DNA of 63,976 nt, filler included, from Dimargaris cristalligena (Eukaryota): assembly GCA_003614675.1 (NCBI GenBank). It is 3 parts of 3 records of this genome, joined end to end, with 100 filler letters (N's around TTAATTAATTAA, not from the genome) between each part and the next. Parts side by side here need not be neighbours in the genome. Positions count along the whole stretch, not along the records: positions 1 to 23,265 come from ML002612.1; positions 23,366 to 46,613 come from ML002613.1; 1 more part is not named here. One strand, given 5' to 3'. A program made the translations under genes and the position numbers. Within the stretch, counting starts at the first letter, position 1, and every line of letters starts with the position of its first letter. The notes under the pieces were generated by a model. The model was given only the letters and a program-made list of their open reading frames with translations, made no database searches and was not told where the DNA came from. Shown one piece after another: positions 13,321 to 25,014 of this stretch.

Positions 13321-14117
13321 TTAAGCCTGGGCCGACTCGTCTTCCGAGTCAGTGATATCAAAGTCACCCAAATCATCCTCCGAACCGAGGTCGGGCACGC
13401 GGTCAATTTCGCCCCGATCCAGTTTGCGCTGGAGGGTCCGTCGTTGCCGTTCGCTCAAACGCTGCAGGATATGCTGCGTCCTTTGTTCTTCCTCCACCAA
13501 TTGTTGGGGGGTTTTGTCATCACTATTAGAACAATATAGAAAAGCATGGGGCCACACACATATATTTGCCGAGGATTGTTAGGTTAGATAGTGATGATCA
13601 AAATCAATTACAATCCATTCAATGCAATTCAATTCGATAAGAGATATCGGGGGTAGTAGAGAGTAGTAGTAGTGGTGGTGGTATTGGAAGGTCAACGACT
13701 CCTATACCCACAAGTGGGGAGGGGGTTTCAGCAACCCGTCAATGCCGGTGAGGGGCTCTCGCCTGCGGTCCATTATATACCAAGTGAACGGACTTACCTA
13801 ACGACAATCTCCCGCGACTCGCGGCACTTGGCGCACACCTTGAGGGCGGCGGCACAGTCGCCGCATATAATATGGTAAGCGTCCTTGATCTTCTTCTGGT
13901 CGCATTTGGTGCATTTCTTGGGCACAGTCAGGGGCTTGTATTTCCGGTACGTCTTCCGCCACTGGATCGTGTCGTGACACTTTTGGCACAGCCCGTTGAC
14001 CGGCAGGGCGAGGATTTCCCGGGTGCGCCGGGAATTGCGGTTGTGGGTGTAGGCGGTGGTGTTTTGGTACTTTTGACCGGATTTCCGGGCTCCGGTGCTA
14101 CCTTTGGAGGTCGACAT
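13321..14117 (-). CDS. C9orf85/DUF2039-like Cys-rich basic protein; exons 14117-13798, 13522-13321
   Basis: MSTSKG...QKYQNTTAYTHN...LCQKCHDTIQWRKTYRKYKPLTVPKKCTKCDQKKIKDAYHIICGDCA...VCAKC resembles C9orf85. The GTAAGT donor at 13797 and TAG acceptor at 13523 join an acidic tail in frame. Confidence 0.85.
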
Positions 14118-14845
14118 GGTGAGTGGTAAGGCGGTTCGAGGAGTCAGAAAAAAAGGGAGGAATTGTCGGGGGAAACTGTGACGACTATAAGGGAATAAGT
14201 AATAGTACTTGAATAGGGGGAAAGCTCCTGTGGGTGTTCTCTCTCCTTCACACAGCGATTCGCCCGTTGACCGCACTATACTATACTCGCCAATTTAGGC
14301 CAATGTATTTAACTACTACTATAGTTTTCTTCCTGTTGGAAAAAAATGGATATTCGGGAAAAGGGGATTTCAAGTCACGCCTCTATTGGTGTGATTTTGG
14401 CCCAGCTTAATCACATATATACTGAGCCGATTCTTTATATATTTTTTTCTTGCGCTTTTTTATGTGTACATGTGGTGGATTGACTCTATATTTTAGTTCA
14501 GATTCAAAATTGAAGTTGCCAAAGGACACATTTCAATAGCCTATACAGACTGCCAGCAGCAGCACTACTAACCGAACCCTTTTCACAAACCAGTCTACAA
14601 ATTTAAAGCGGAGGAATAGCAGCCCATTCAACTCCAACTGTGGTCGATCCGCTTACTTGTCAGCTCTGTCACGCCTTTTTGCCGTACCCCGCCGTCTTCC
14701 CTCCCTCCCTGTTTTTACGAACAGTGTCCACCTTAGACCACCCCACTCCTGATCCTCCATTTGCTCTCCTCTTTTTCATTATTTTTACTGTCTGTCAATT
14801 GCCAAACCCCACCACTCGTCTCTACCCTTCCCGTTCTTCTCCAGC

Positions 14846-15709
14846 ATGATTCGCCGCCAAACCCGTCTTCGCCGGGAATACCTCTACCGGAAAGCCCTCG
14901 AGGCCCGTGAACGTAATACTTTCGAGAAGAAGCAGAAAATCAAAAATGCCATTGAGGAAAACCGGGCTATCCCCCAAAAACTCCAAGGCGCCGCCGTTAA
15001 GCTGGTTGGCAAGCTGAAGTACGACGAGGCCCAAAACAACCGCCCCGCCAACCACCGGGACGACGAGTACGCCCATGCCGGCGTCTTTGACCCGAAAATC
15101 CTCATCACCACCTCGCGTGACCCCAGCTCCCGCCTGAAGCAATTCTCCAAGGAAATGCGCCATGTGTTTCCCAACTCCCAGAAAATCAATCGAGGTGGTC
15201 TCGTCATTAACGAAATTGTCGATACCTGCCGCTCCAATGGCGTCACCGATCTGGTCATTCTCGGCGAAAGCCGCGGGCAGCCCGACAGCATGATCATCAG
15301 CCATCTGCCCTACGGCCCTACCGTGCGGTTCACCCTCTACAACGTCGTGCTCCGCCACGATATCCCCAACCTGGGCGCCATGTCCGAGGCCTACCCCCAT
15401 TTAATCTTCGGCAACCTCGGCTCCAATGTCGGTCGGCGAGTGAAGGACGTCCTCAAGTACCTCTTCCCCGTGCCCAAGACCGATTCCAAGCGGGTCATGA
15501 CCTTTCACAACGACAACGATTTTATTTCCTTCCGGCACCACGTCTACCAACCGGTCACCGACAAGGAGGTCGTGCTATCGGAAGTAGGTCCCCGCTTCGA
15601 AATGCGACCCTTCGAAATCCGCTTAGGAACTATCGAAATGAAGGAGGCTGATACCGAATGGGTTCTCCGGCCGTTTATGCGTACGGCTCACAAGCACGGA
15701 AATCTATAA
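14846..15709 (+). CDS. IMP4: U3 snoRNP protein Imp4 (Brix domain)
   Basis: MIRRQTRLRREYLYRK, DDEYA, PKILITTSRDPSSRLKQF, SHLPYGPT, MSEAYPHLIF, DFISFRHH, EVGPRFEMR. Confidence 0.97.
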   Translation: MIRRQTRLRREYLYRKALEARERNTFEKKQKIKNAIEENRAIPQKLQGAAVKLVGKLKYDEAQNNRPANHRDDEYAHAGVFDPKILITTSRDPSSRLKQFSKEMRHVFPNSQKINRGGLVINEIVDTCRSNGVTDLVILGESRGQPDSMIISHLPYGPTVRFTLYNVVLRHDIPNLGAMSEAYPHLIFGNLGSNVGRRVKDVLKYLFPVPKTDSKRVMTFHNDNDFISFRHHVYQPVTDKEVVLSEVGPRFEMRPFEIRLGTIEMKEADTEWVLRPFMRTAHKHGNL

Positions 15710-16049
15710 TTTACTTACGATATCATTAAAAGACACTGTAGCCTGTTCACTGCCATTCCCTCGTTTCCCCTCTCATACATATAAAACCTTCTTAACCTTT
15801 ATCTGAAAAAATAAACAGGAGTAATAACACTCGCTGATATACGATCATTTACTAAAGGTATGGCTCCATCAATACTCTGCTATGCTACTCGGTGTTATTG
15901 TTGGTAAGGTTTATTTGAACACAGTAATGGCGATACTTGAAGGGGCGGTGGGGCTCTTGCGATTCAATGTCAACCCAGTTTTGTCAAAAAACCGATTCGT
16001 GTGGGACCAAGTTAAATAAGCGCACAGCGACGTTCTTGACCAAGGCCTC

Positions 16050-17608
16050 TCACCTGCGATTATACTTGCGGAACCTCTGGAACATCGCATCGTCACTGGC
16101 CGTGGTTTGTCTATTAGGGCGGTTTGTCTGGGAGAACCGGTGATTGCGCGAATACTACAGCGAGAATGCAAAAATAAAAAATAGTATATCCAGATGAAAT
16201 TTTAGCACCAGGTTGAAGTCCCATGCGTAGCAAAATCGCCCAGAGCAATTCCAACCCCGAGCTCCCCCGCCTAGAGAGCTGGCACACTACAAAGCCGCGT
16301 ACAAATACGGGGCTTATACGATCTCCGAATTCGATGCAATCCCCATGCTGCCGGAATAAAAAACACCTGCTTACCTCTTGCCCCATAACGTTGATTTTGC
16401 CTTCGTTGACATCCCGCTTGGCACGTTCGGTAGCTTCGATATTTTGGAGTTTGGAATCAACCCCAAGGTCCACTTCGGGCACTGCACTTAGTAATGCGGA
16501 CGATATGAGCGCACTACCTTCTTGAATCGGCTTACTTTCCACCTATATAGCCAAGTATATAAAGTACGGAGATACAGAAAGAGGGAAGGGGTACGAGAGC
16601 CAGAGGCAGAACATGCCGCAATTGTATCAAAACACAAATAATTGATTAGATACATAAGCAAACATTGTCTGATAATCAATAGTTAACCGGGTAAGGATGA
16701 GTAAGCGGGAAGTGTGAGGTGCTTGGTACGATCTCAATTTCAAAACAACCACAGCTTGCTTATATGGTATGTATGATAACATACCTTAAGGTGGTTAGGT
16801 ATCTGGTAGAGGTCGGCCTGTGGGTCAGACGATTTTAATGAGCTTGAATCGGCACCAGTCTCGGGCTCTTCGCCTTCACCATTGATCTTTTTCAATTGGG
16901 ACTCGATATATGACATCCTAAAAAAACCGCGAGAAATGTTCGACAGAATTGGTAAAAGATTAATCAGGTGCGAATACTGGCATTATTACTATTAACCTAG
17001 GGCACTCTTTATCTCTCACTCTCTTCCTAATGCAATAGAGTCTAGATAATGTGCCTAGTAAGGCTCGCAATTATATAATTAACTCAACTCACATGTGCTT
17101 ATCCACATCGACAATCTCGGTTTGGGTAGTAAACGAGCCTAGTACCCCTGATAATGGTTTTCTAGTGATTCAATTTTCAAAACAAAATGGGATGGTTACG
17201 ATTAGACGGTTACGAATAGTTACCATGGGGAAGCTGGTATGGAACCAAATAGCCATTATTAAAGGATACAGGAACTTCGAACCTCAGCAAGAATGCTACT
17301 TACCCTTTGTTGCCATCCTGGGACTCGTCCTCTTGATCGTCTGAGGTCTGGTCCTTCCGGCTGTTTTTCGAAGTTCTACGTGACTTGGGTCTATTGGCCA
17401 AGTCCTCCAGCGACATTCCCACTGGGCGTTTCCGGAGTTTCCGGAGCTCTATCAACTCTAGGAGCGTGTCACTGACGCTCTTCTCCGGTGTCGCCGCCGT
17501 TCCTGGTGACGGGGGGGAACCCGATGGGGGTCCGGTAGCATCGGGGGTCGCTTCGTCGGCCGGGCGTTTACGGTAATTGCCGCGTCGTTTCGGTTTGAAT
17601 GTCGCCAT
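16050..17608 (-). CDS. C9orf78/Tls1 (HCA59) spliceosome-associated factor; exons 17608-17304, 17161-17093, 16917-16785, 16542-16375, 16154-16050
   Basis: The spliced protein has ELRKLRKRPVG, FTTQTEIVDVDKHMMSYIE, DLYQIP, SAVPEVDLGVDSKLQNIEATERAK and terminal ASDDAMFQRFRK. All introns are GT-AG and in phase. Confidence 0.88.
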
Positions 17609-18569
17609 GGGGTCGTTGTAAATAAATGAAGGGGAGGGGGTGTATAGTGGTGGTATAGAACGAATTCTAGGAAAGGGGGTCAACAACGCTATATGCAATA
17701 TAAAAAAGAGAGTAGGGCAAAGTCAATAAGTCGAATAAAAAGAATTCAATATAATGTACAGGTAGCACCTTCTTCTGCTAATGAATGCATTCGCCTCTTT
17801 TATGGCTTGGTAAACGTGAAGGTATGGGAGAAGGAGGGGAGAGAGGGGTTCTAGGAATAAAGAATCTTGCATTCCTACAGGAACATGTTACAGGAGCCAC
17901 ACATGTAAGATACATTTACTCTCACCAATGGACCAGCCAGCCCCCCTTTGAATACTATGGTTCCGTATGATTTTGGAGTCAATCGATTGGTGTCTTTGGG
18001 CCAGCTGTTGGTATAAAACCAAACAACCAGCGCCGTATCACTCAGAGGGAATATTTAGCAATAGTACTTCCAGACAATTATCCCTCCATTACGTGTGGGG
18101 CCTGGTAATATACACTAAACATTACCACGCACCGCAATTGCCTTCCATTCCGCAGATACGCCCATTGCCCACAATGTCATGTCATATTGGGTTAGCATCA
18201 TCATAGGCTACAGAATACAAATATTAAGGGGTTACTCTATTTCAAATGAAAAACTCGGCGCTCTCGAAGCCCTGGCACTTTTTTCCCAATTGGCTTGTTT
18301 CAAAAATATACAATTTTTACAACTGAAGACCTCTTATTCGGATATTCATAAACCCGGGTAGACCTGAGAAGGGATAAGGGAAGTGTATGGGGACAGACTG
18401 ACATCAGCCATAAGCAAAGACAAGACAAGAAAAGACGAACAGGATAAAGGGGGTATAGGAAATTTATATATGTAAAAATGAGAAATGCGAAATAAAGAAC
18501 TCCAAGGGCTCCACTTGCCCTGGGTTTGAATGAGTGCACCGGAGGGCTAACCCTCTAACCCTCTAGTTC

Positions 18570-19424
18570 TTAGACTCGCGGGACCATTTTGCGGAAACGA
18601 GGGGGGGCCGCGGCGGCCGGGGAATCCGATGAGACCGATAGGCTCCAGGTATTGGACAGCAGGATCCAACTGAAGATGAGCTGGCAGGCGGCAATGATAA
18701 AGAGGAAGTGGATCCGGTGTTTCCGATGGTGAACTCCGGTAGCCGTGGCAGCGGAGGTATCCGGCAGGACAATGTGACGCAGGGAGCGTAGTAAGAAGAA
18801 GCCCACAGCGAGGTTGGTGTAGAAGAACACGAACCAGGTGGTCCAACCGGGGATCAGGGTACGCACCAGCAGGGTCACGATGATACCAATAAATTTGTAG
18901 CCACTGTAGCAGACGAGGTCCAGGAACTGGGACTCGGACGAGACATTGAGAAGGTAGCAGCCCAATTTAATGACCACCACTTCGAACAGCATGACGGCGA
19001 GGGCCTTGCTGGCGGTGAGGCCCAGGATTTCGGGGTGGAACATGTGCTTGGTCCCGGACACGATACCCACGAGGAGCACGTAGGTGATCATGGACATGAC
19101 GGGGATGTACAAGTCCGGGGAATTCAGGTCCTCCCGCGGGGGCTTGTAGCCGATGGTGTGGCCGGTCTGTTCGGAGCGCAGGGCCAGTCGGGTCCATTGC
19201 TTTTGACCAAAGGGAAACAACAATAACTGGATCTTTTTGAGGACGTAGGAATTGCTCACATTGAAGTAGTGGCGGAGCATGGGCAGGTTGATGTAGCGGT
19301 TGAGGTTTTTCTCGACGTATTCGTGGCCTGCGTTGACGGCGGAGCCCGCAAACTGAAAGCCCAATTGGGCGGCCTGGTTGTTTTGGATGGCGGCCATGTC
19401 GAAGCCGGAGTAAGCCTCTGCCAT
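18570..19424 (-). CDS. YIF1: Yif1/Hrf1 ER-Golgi membrane protein, intronless
   Basis: YFNVSNSYVLKKIQLLLFPF, PPREDLNSPDLYIPVMSMITY and DLVCYSGYKFIG, followed by several transmembrane segments. Start ACC-ATG at 19424. Confidence 0.94.
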   Translation of the reverse strand: MAEAYSGFDMAAIQNNQAAQLGFQFAGSAVNAGHEYVEKNLNRYINLPMLRHYFNVSNSYVLKKIQLLLFPFGQKQWTRLALRSEQTGHTIGYKPPREDLNSPDLYIPVMSMITYVLLVGIVSGTKHMFHPEILGLTASKALAVMLFEVVVIKLGCYLLNVSSESQFLDLVCYSGYKFIGIIVTLLVRTLIPGWTTWFVFFYTNLAVGFFLLRSLRHIVLPDTSAATATGVHHRKHRIHFLFIIAACQLIFSWILLSNTWSLSVSSDSPAAAAPPRFRKMVPRV

Positions 19425-20115
19425 GGTTATAGGTAGGCCGTGTGTGATGGGGGAAAAGAAGAGGGTCTGGAGATGGGAACAAGGGGTAGGGCCAATGTAT
19501 TGGAGTTGTGGGGGCAGATGCGGAGTTGGGCGGAGTGAGGAAATGGGGAACACCCAGCGACAGATAGTTAGACGAGACGAGACGATTAAAACGAAGGAGA
19601 GGTAGAGAGAGGATTCCTTCCTGCCAAGGTAGATGCGGGAGTATTGGGTGGGTATCGAGCTATTTGCTGTGCAGCGATGCTGAAATGAATGGGCACAATA
19701 GACTAATAACGGTGGTGGGGCAAAAGAGTGGGAAGGGGGGACCAGTTCCTCCACTGGGAGGTATGTGGCTAAACAAACCCCACAAACCTCTGTTAATACT
19801 CAATGTCTTATCACAGTTCCTTTGAAATAATAGCGACTCTGCTGGCTGCCACCACTTCGCTTATTGCGTTTAGATAATACAACAGGGCTTCCGTTCGTAC
19901 CCGAAAGTGCTCTCTGGGTCTTCCCGTCGTGTTAGCCACAGTTGGCGTCACACTTTGGCTTCTCCTGCCCTACCCTACCGTGCCTGGTGTGTGTGTGTCT
20001 CGTTTTAGTTTAACTGCTTGGCTCCTTCTACTAGTGGTGTGGGTGAGTCTTTAGCTTTTTTCCTGCGCTCTTTCTTCCTAGTGGTTTCGCCCCATCTCTT
20101 CGTCTCTTCTTAAGC

Positions 20116-21938
20116 ATGTCCCACGTCAAGGGCAATCTTTCCCGTACCAGCGAAGGGGCCGCCAAGGACTCCCCCCATTCTCCGGCCCAGCGTTGCACAT
20201 GCCTAACCACCTCTGCCGCTTCGGTGGTGCGCTTTCAGGATTCCCCCGCCCTACTGAGTCGGCTCGATGAACTCACCCAGGCCCGTCTGCTGTCCTTGGA
20301 GGAGCGCTTGGCCGAGTTGGAGCGCCACACCACCACCCTAGTTGCCCAGTTCACCGCCCAGCAGGAGGCCGAGAGCGCTTCCCGTCACCTTCTCGTCCAG
20401 CTGAATGGCAGCAAACGGCGCACCCAGGATTGCCAGGTCCAGCTCATCCGCGACACCGAACGCCTCCAAGAGGCCCGGCGCATGGCCGACGCGAAACGAG
20501 ACGCCCTCCGGTACCGGAGATGCCTGCTACTGGCCGCCCGTAAACAGGCCCAGTTGGAACGCTCCTACCTCAACGACAGTCTGGTAACCTTGGAACAGAA
20601 TAAGTAAGTGCATTGGGACTTTACCCCTTTATTTTTTATCCGTGTGTCCAGCCCTACCGCCCCGTGTAGCCATTATATACCGGACCGGCCTCCAGGCATC
20701 TTCCGCCAAATGCTTACTCTGTCGGAGCCGAACCACAGTGTCTTGCTAAGCACCCGGTATCTCTAACCCCAATGCTCTCTGTGATACCCTTACCCTTACT
20801 CTTGACCGATTCCGCATCAGAATAATTAAAGAGGCGAGCGAGGCTATGCAGCGTCAACAACTAGCTGGCTACATGTCCGGCCTGAAGTTTATATTCGATA
20901 TCCATACCGAGCCCAACCACCCCGCCATCTATCGAATTGCCAACCTACCGGGGCCTAATGCCGCTAGAATAGGTAGGTTTTGACCATATGAATCGCGGGT
21001 TGGCCCTACTATTGCTCCTATCCGACTCCGGTGCCCGTTGAGGCGCACTCCTAACCAATGCTAACCACGCCTTGCTTTGCCACCGGCAATACTCCCCATA
21101 TCACTGAACCAACTCGCACATCCCCCCTTCTTTCCAACAGTCAAAATGACGGACGAGGAAATCAACGCCAGCGTAGGCTATGTCAGCCACCTTGTCACCC
21201 TTTTAGCCCGGTATTTAGAGACACCGCTACGCTACCCCATCAAGTTCCTTTCCTCGCGGTCCATAATTTACAACCCAGCCGCGGACATTATGCGCCTTAA
21301 TATGTAAGCAAGCTGGCATGTTCTCCGTCTACCCACGACTCTAGTCAATGGCTACTACTACTGCTGCTAGATTCTGCACCTACTTATGAAGTAGCCGCAG
21401 TTATACTAACCACTAGTATAGAATTACCGATTCCTGTCCTCTATGCATCTGTTTATTCGCCCACGCCTCTTTGAATCCCCGCTTATTATCCGGACAGTAA
21501 ATTTCCCTTGTATACGTCCAAAAACGAGTGGACCCAGTTTGACTATGCATTTAATCTCCTAAGCCAGAATGTACAGCAAGTAAGTAGGGCCATGCTTGCC
21601 AGCCTATATCTATATATACAACCGACACTGAAGGTGACGCCTACAAACATCCCGGGGATGGCCCATCCAGTCGCCGGTTAAACCTTCATTCACTGCTACA
21701 CCCTATATGTTAAGTGGCCAAGCTATTGAACCGGTCCTAATACATTACTACTTCCCATCTATCGTACTTACTGTTTTATATATTTATTTATTTTCCCAAT
21801 TCCAATCCCTCAACCACCCCCTAATCCCAGCTGCTAAAAACCCAGGGTATCGAATACTACGAACACCGGAATATTTTAGCTAACCTCAAGCTTCTACTCG
21901 ATATTATTGAAACCCGCGGCCAAGCCGAGGTCTTTTGA
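20116..21938 (+). CDS. Vps38/UVRAG (Atg14-family) PI3K-III complex subunit; exons 20116-20603, 20821-20972, 21141-21303, 21498-21579, 21831-21938
   Basis: An N-terminal coiled coil is followed by IFDI...YRIANLP, EEINASVGYVSHLVTLLARYLETPLRYPI, KFPLY...FDYAFNLLSQNVQQL and ILANL, typical of UVRAG/Atg14 C-terminal domains. Splice phases are consistent. Confidence 0.82.
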
Positions 21939-23265
21939 GCGGCGGGTGTTAATAGCCGGCGTAACCCTGTATTTGTACTAGAATAGACCAACGTGGTGTT
22001 CCATATACCTTGCCTATCTGTTGTATATTCCTAGGACGGAAGGCCACAAAGCCACTTGAGCAATAAAGGTTTGACATAAAAAGTGTACAACCCGGCCGGT
22101 CCCACCTTGGTGGTCATCGCGGTGCTTTCGTGTAATTCTACTGCACGACTGGGGGAACACGAGGGTACGTAGTCAAGGCTAGACACCATTGGATACGAAC
22201 TAAACGCAGCTTCTTTCTATAGGGCACTACTTCTGGTCTGGCCACCGTAGGGAGGTGGGGCGTATCCCGCCGTGGATTTGGGGACCTCTTGCTCTGACCG
22301 TTCTTTTCTTCTTTCGCTCCGCCTACAATGCCAGTTCACAGCCCCTGCGGAGGCGGCGGCATAATAATACGATTGAGTAATATCGAGGGGCGAATGGATG
22401 ATGTAGTGTAGAGCTGGCCAGGGGGGACGGATGAACTCCGGTAAGTGGCTCTAATGAGAGTAGGAAGTGAATGTAAATTCACGGAGCTGCTTCATGCATT
22501 CCAATTTAGGGCCATTGGGTTATGAATAGGTACTCCTCCTTCCATGAATAGCCACAGATATTGTTCATGGTTCTTTCTCAGAATATTCGGACTATTACCC
22601 ATGGATTAAAACAAAAGTGGTGGCTTTACTTTTAATGAATTTTTAGGAAGGTAGGAAGCGCGGGATATACAAAAAATAATGCAAGGCAGTAGTTAGAGAT
22701 GTAATAAGATTAAGGAAAGGGGGGGAGAGGGGAGACTTGGCTCGTGGGCCAAAAATAACAAGAGGGAGGAGGGGGATATGCAGGGCATCTTAGGTCGCGG
22801 GGCAAGCCTCCTTGGAGTACTACTTATAGCACAAGGGATAGTCTTTTACCGCGGGTTTCCTGCGCGGGGAGGCGGCGGGATGGCCCGAAAAGGGGCGGGG
22901 GTTGGTAAAGGGTAAAGTTGGTAAAAGCGGACGGATTTTGATGGGACGAGGCAGTGAGCCAGCGAAAGGGGCTAGGCGTACTGGCCACCTGAGATACTTA
23001 AAATAGCCAGGTCATTAAGGTAGGGCATACCATACTACTAATGCCAGTATTTTTAAACTAAAGAGCCATCTAGGCGGAAGATAGCGTATACGAGGGCCGG
23101 TGGTGGTGAAGTGGATTCATCTGAGCCATCGAGGGTTAGGAAAATCGCTAAAAAGAAGTTTAACACATCCAGGTGTTGGTGGGAAAGAGAGGGACTGGAT
23201 TACAAATATACAAAGGCCTCATAGCCGGCTGCACGCCAAGGCCAGACCAGGATTAACGGCGGCCA

Positions 23266-23365
23266 NNNNNNNNNNNNNNNNNNNNNNNNNNNNNNNNNNN
23301 NNNNNNNNNTTAATTAATTAANNNNNNNNNNNNNNNNNNNNNNNNNNNNNNNNNNNNNNNNNNNN
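23266..23365. other. Assembly gap (100 nt) containing TTAATTAATTAA linker
   Basis: N run with TTAATTAATTAA at 23310-23321, which gives stops in all six frames. Confidence 0.97.
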
Positions 23366-25014
23366 CCTACGTCCTACGCTTACTTTATTTGGTTAGTCTT
23401 GTCACCACCCCTAATACTAGTAGCCCGCTTGGCCGTGTCCAACGCCCCGCCTACTGTTAGAAGCCTACCCCCGAGACTCTTGACGGACTAAGAGTGGATA
23501 ACTCGGGTGACACACAGCTCCTTCAATTATATTCCTTTAACTATACTGGTGAAACCAACTACAATGGCTCCAAGAAATATAGTAATGTTTTACACTTTTA
23601 GATTTATAAAGTGATTACTTAGTACCTAAGGAAGGTATTATGCACAATAACTAATACTATACGTGTAATACTGTCAGGAAAATTCATGCAAATATGGTTC
23701 AACTATCACTTATATTGTGGTGCTAGAGTAGGATGTATTCAACAGCCTTAGTGATGGGTTTAATAGTTTATAATATGTATAAAAATTAGATAGGATTGAT
23801 GAGAGGAAGGGGGGGGGATTCAGAAAAAGACTGTTGACTAAATAAAAATTATTTAATTTAATTTTGAAGGCCAGAAAACAAAAAATGTAACAACTCCAGA
23901 AAATGTATCAATGTGCTGATCACTTTTAAACCCGCATATCTTGCCATTGAACGCAGTAATTGGCGTGTGGTTTTACCCGTGTATATAAGAGACATGGGGC
24001 TTTCTCCCAGTGGCATCCATTTATTAATACCTCCCTTAGGTACTGAGTCATCACTTTGTAAATCCAAAAGTACAAAGTATTGATACATTTTTTGGAGCCA
24101 CTGCAAATGATAACCGGAGTGCACCAAAAGGTAGTGCAATTAAATAGGGCATGTTAAATAGGGAAATGACAAATGTAGGATTTGTAAAGAGGTATATCGC
24201 CATCGATTCATTGATGCTAGGGCGACTCACCAATACACCCGGGCCCAGCGGGGCCTCCACTCTACTCTAAGTATTAAGAATGGTAGTAATCATGCCACAT
24301 GCGGATGGTTTATAGTCAGTCAACTGGAGATGGGCTGAATGTTTAAAATACCCCCAGCTTCGGAATCCATTTCAATGAACCTGATATCGACAAACTGGTT
24401 AAGTACCAGACACCAAAACCGCTGCTATTTAGGCTAGGATTTCACATTATCCGAAAGCGGATTTTATGGAATACTGAAGCTTAAGGGGAAAATAAGATGA
24501 CGAAACACTCAATAAATATGGAAGTACTATTAAAAATATCATCGGAAGACAAGATTACTAGATTTCAATTTTTTTTTATGTTTTCTGCCTGGTTGTCATA
24601 TTAGACTCATACCCCCAGAAATAGAATCGCCACCATCCACCGAGAGCTTGACGTCAAATTGCTGCGAATACACAATAAATGAAGGCATAAGTGGATTGGG
24701 GAAAGTAGTTTACATCTAGAGACTCGGATTATCGGCGAATTAAGTATAAAACGATGGGTGGATAATGGCAGGTTTAATAAAAAGGCATAATATAAAATGG
24801 AGATGTGTAAGCAAAAAAATATAAATAAAAATAGAGTAATGGTTTAAAAAAAAATGTATATCCGAAAGGGCGGTGAGGCACAACACCCACACGAAAGATA
24901 ACCAGTAAAAGCAAAACGACGGAAGCCTTTCGTAAGTAATGGGATGTTGTTCTTTAAAAGAAATAAAAAGAAGTAGACAAAAACCACCGTTACATATGGG
25001 AGGTGGAGGATATA

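Noticed and set aside
19425..19754. Upstream extension of the YIF1 ORF (similarly 14118-14276 for C9orf85)
   Set aside because: Non-ATG start and pyrimidine-rich UTR composition explain the open frame.
23310..23321. TTAATTAATTAA palindrome inside N runs (also 46658-46669)
   Set aside because: Identical, centred in 100-nt gaps and stopping all frames: an assembly linker, not biology.
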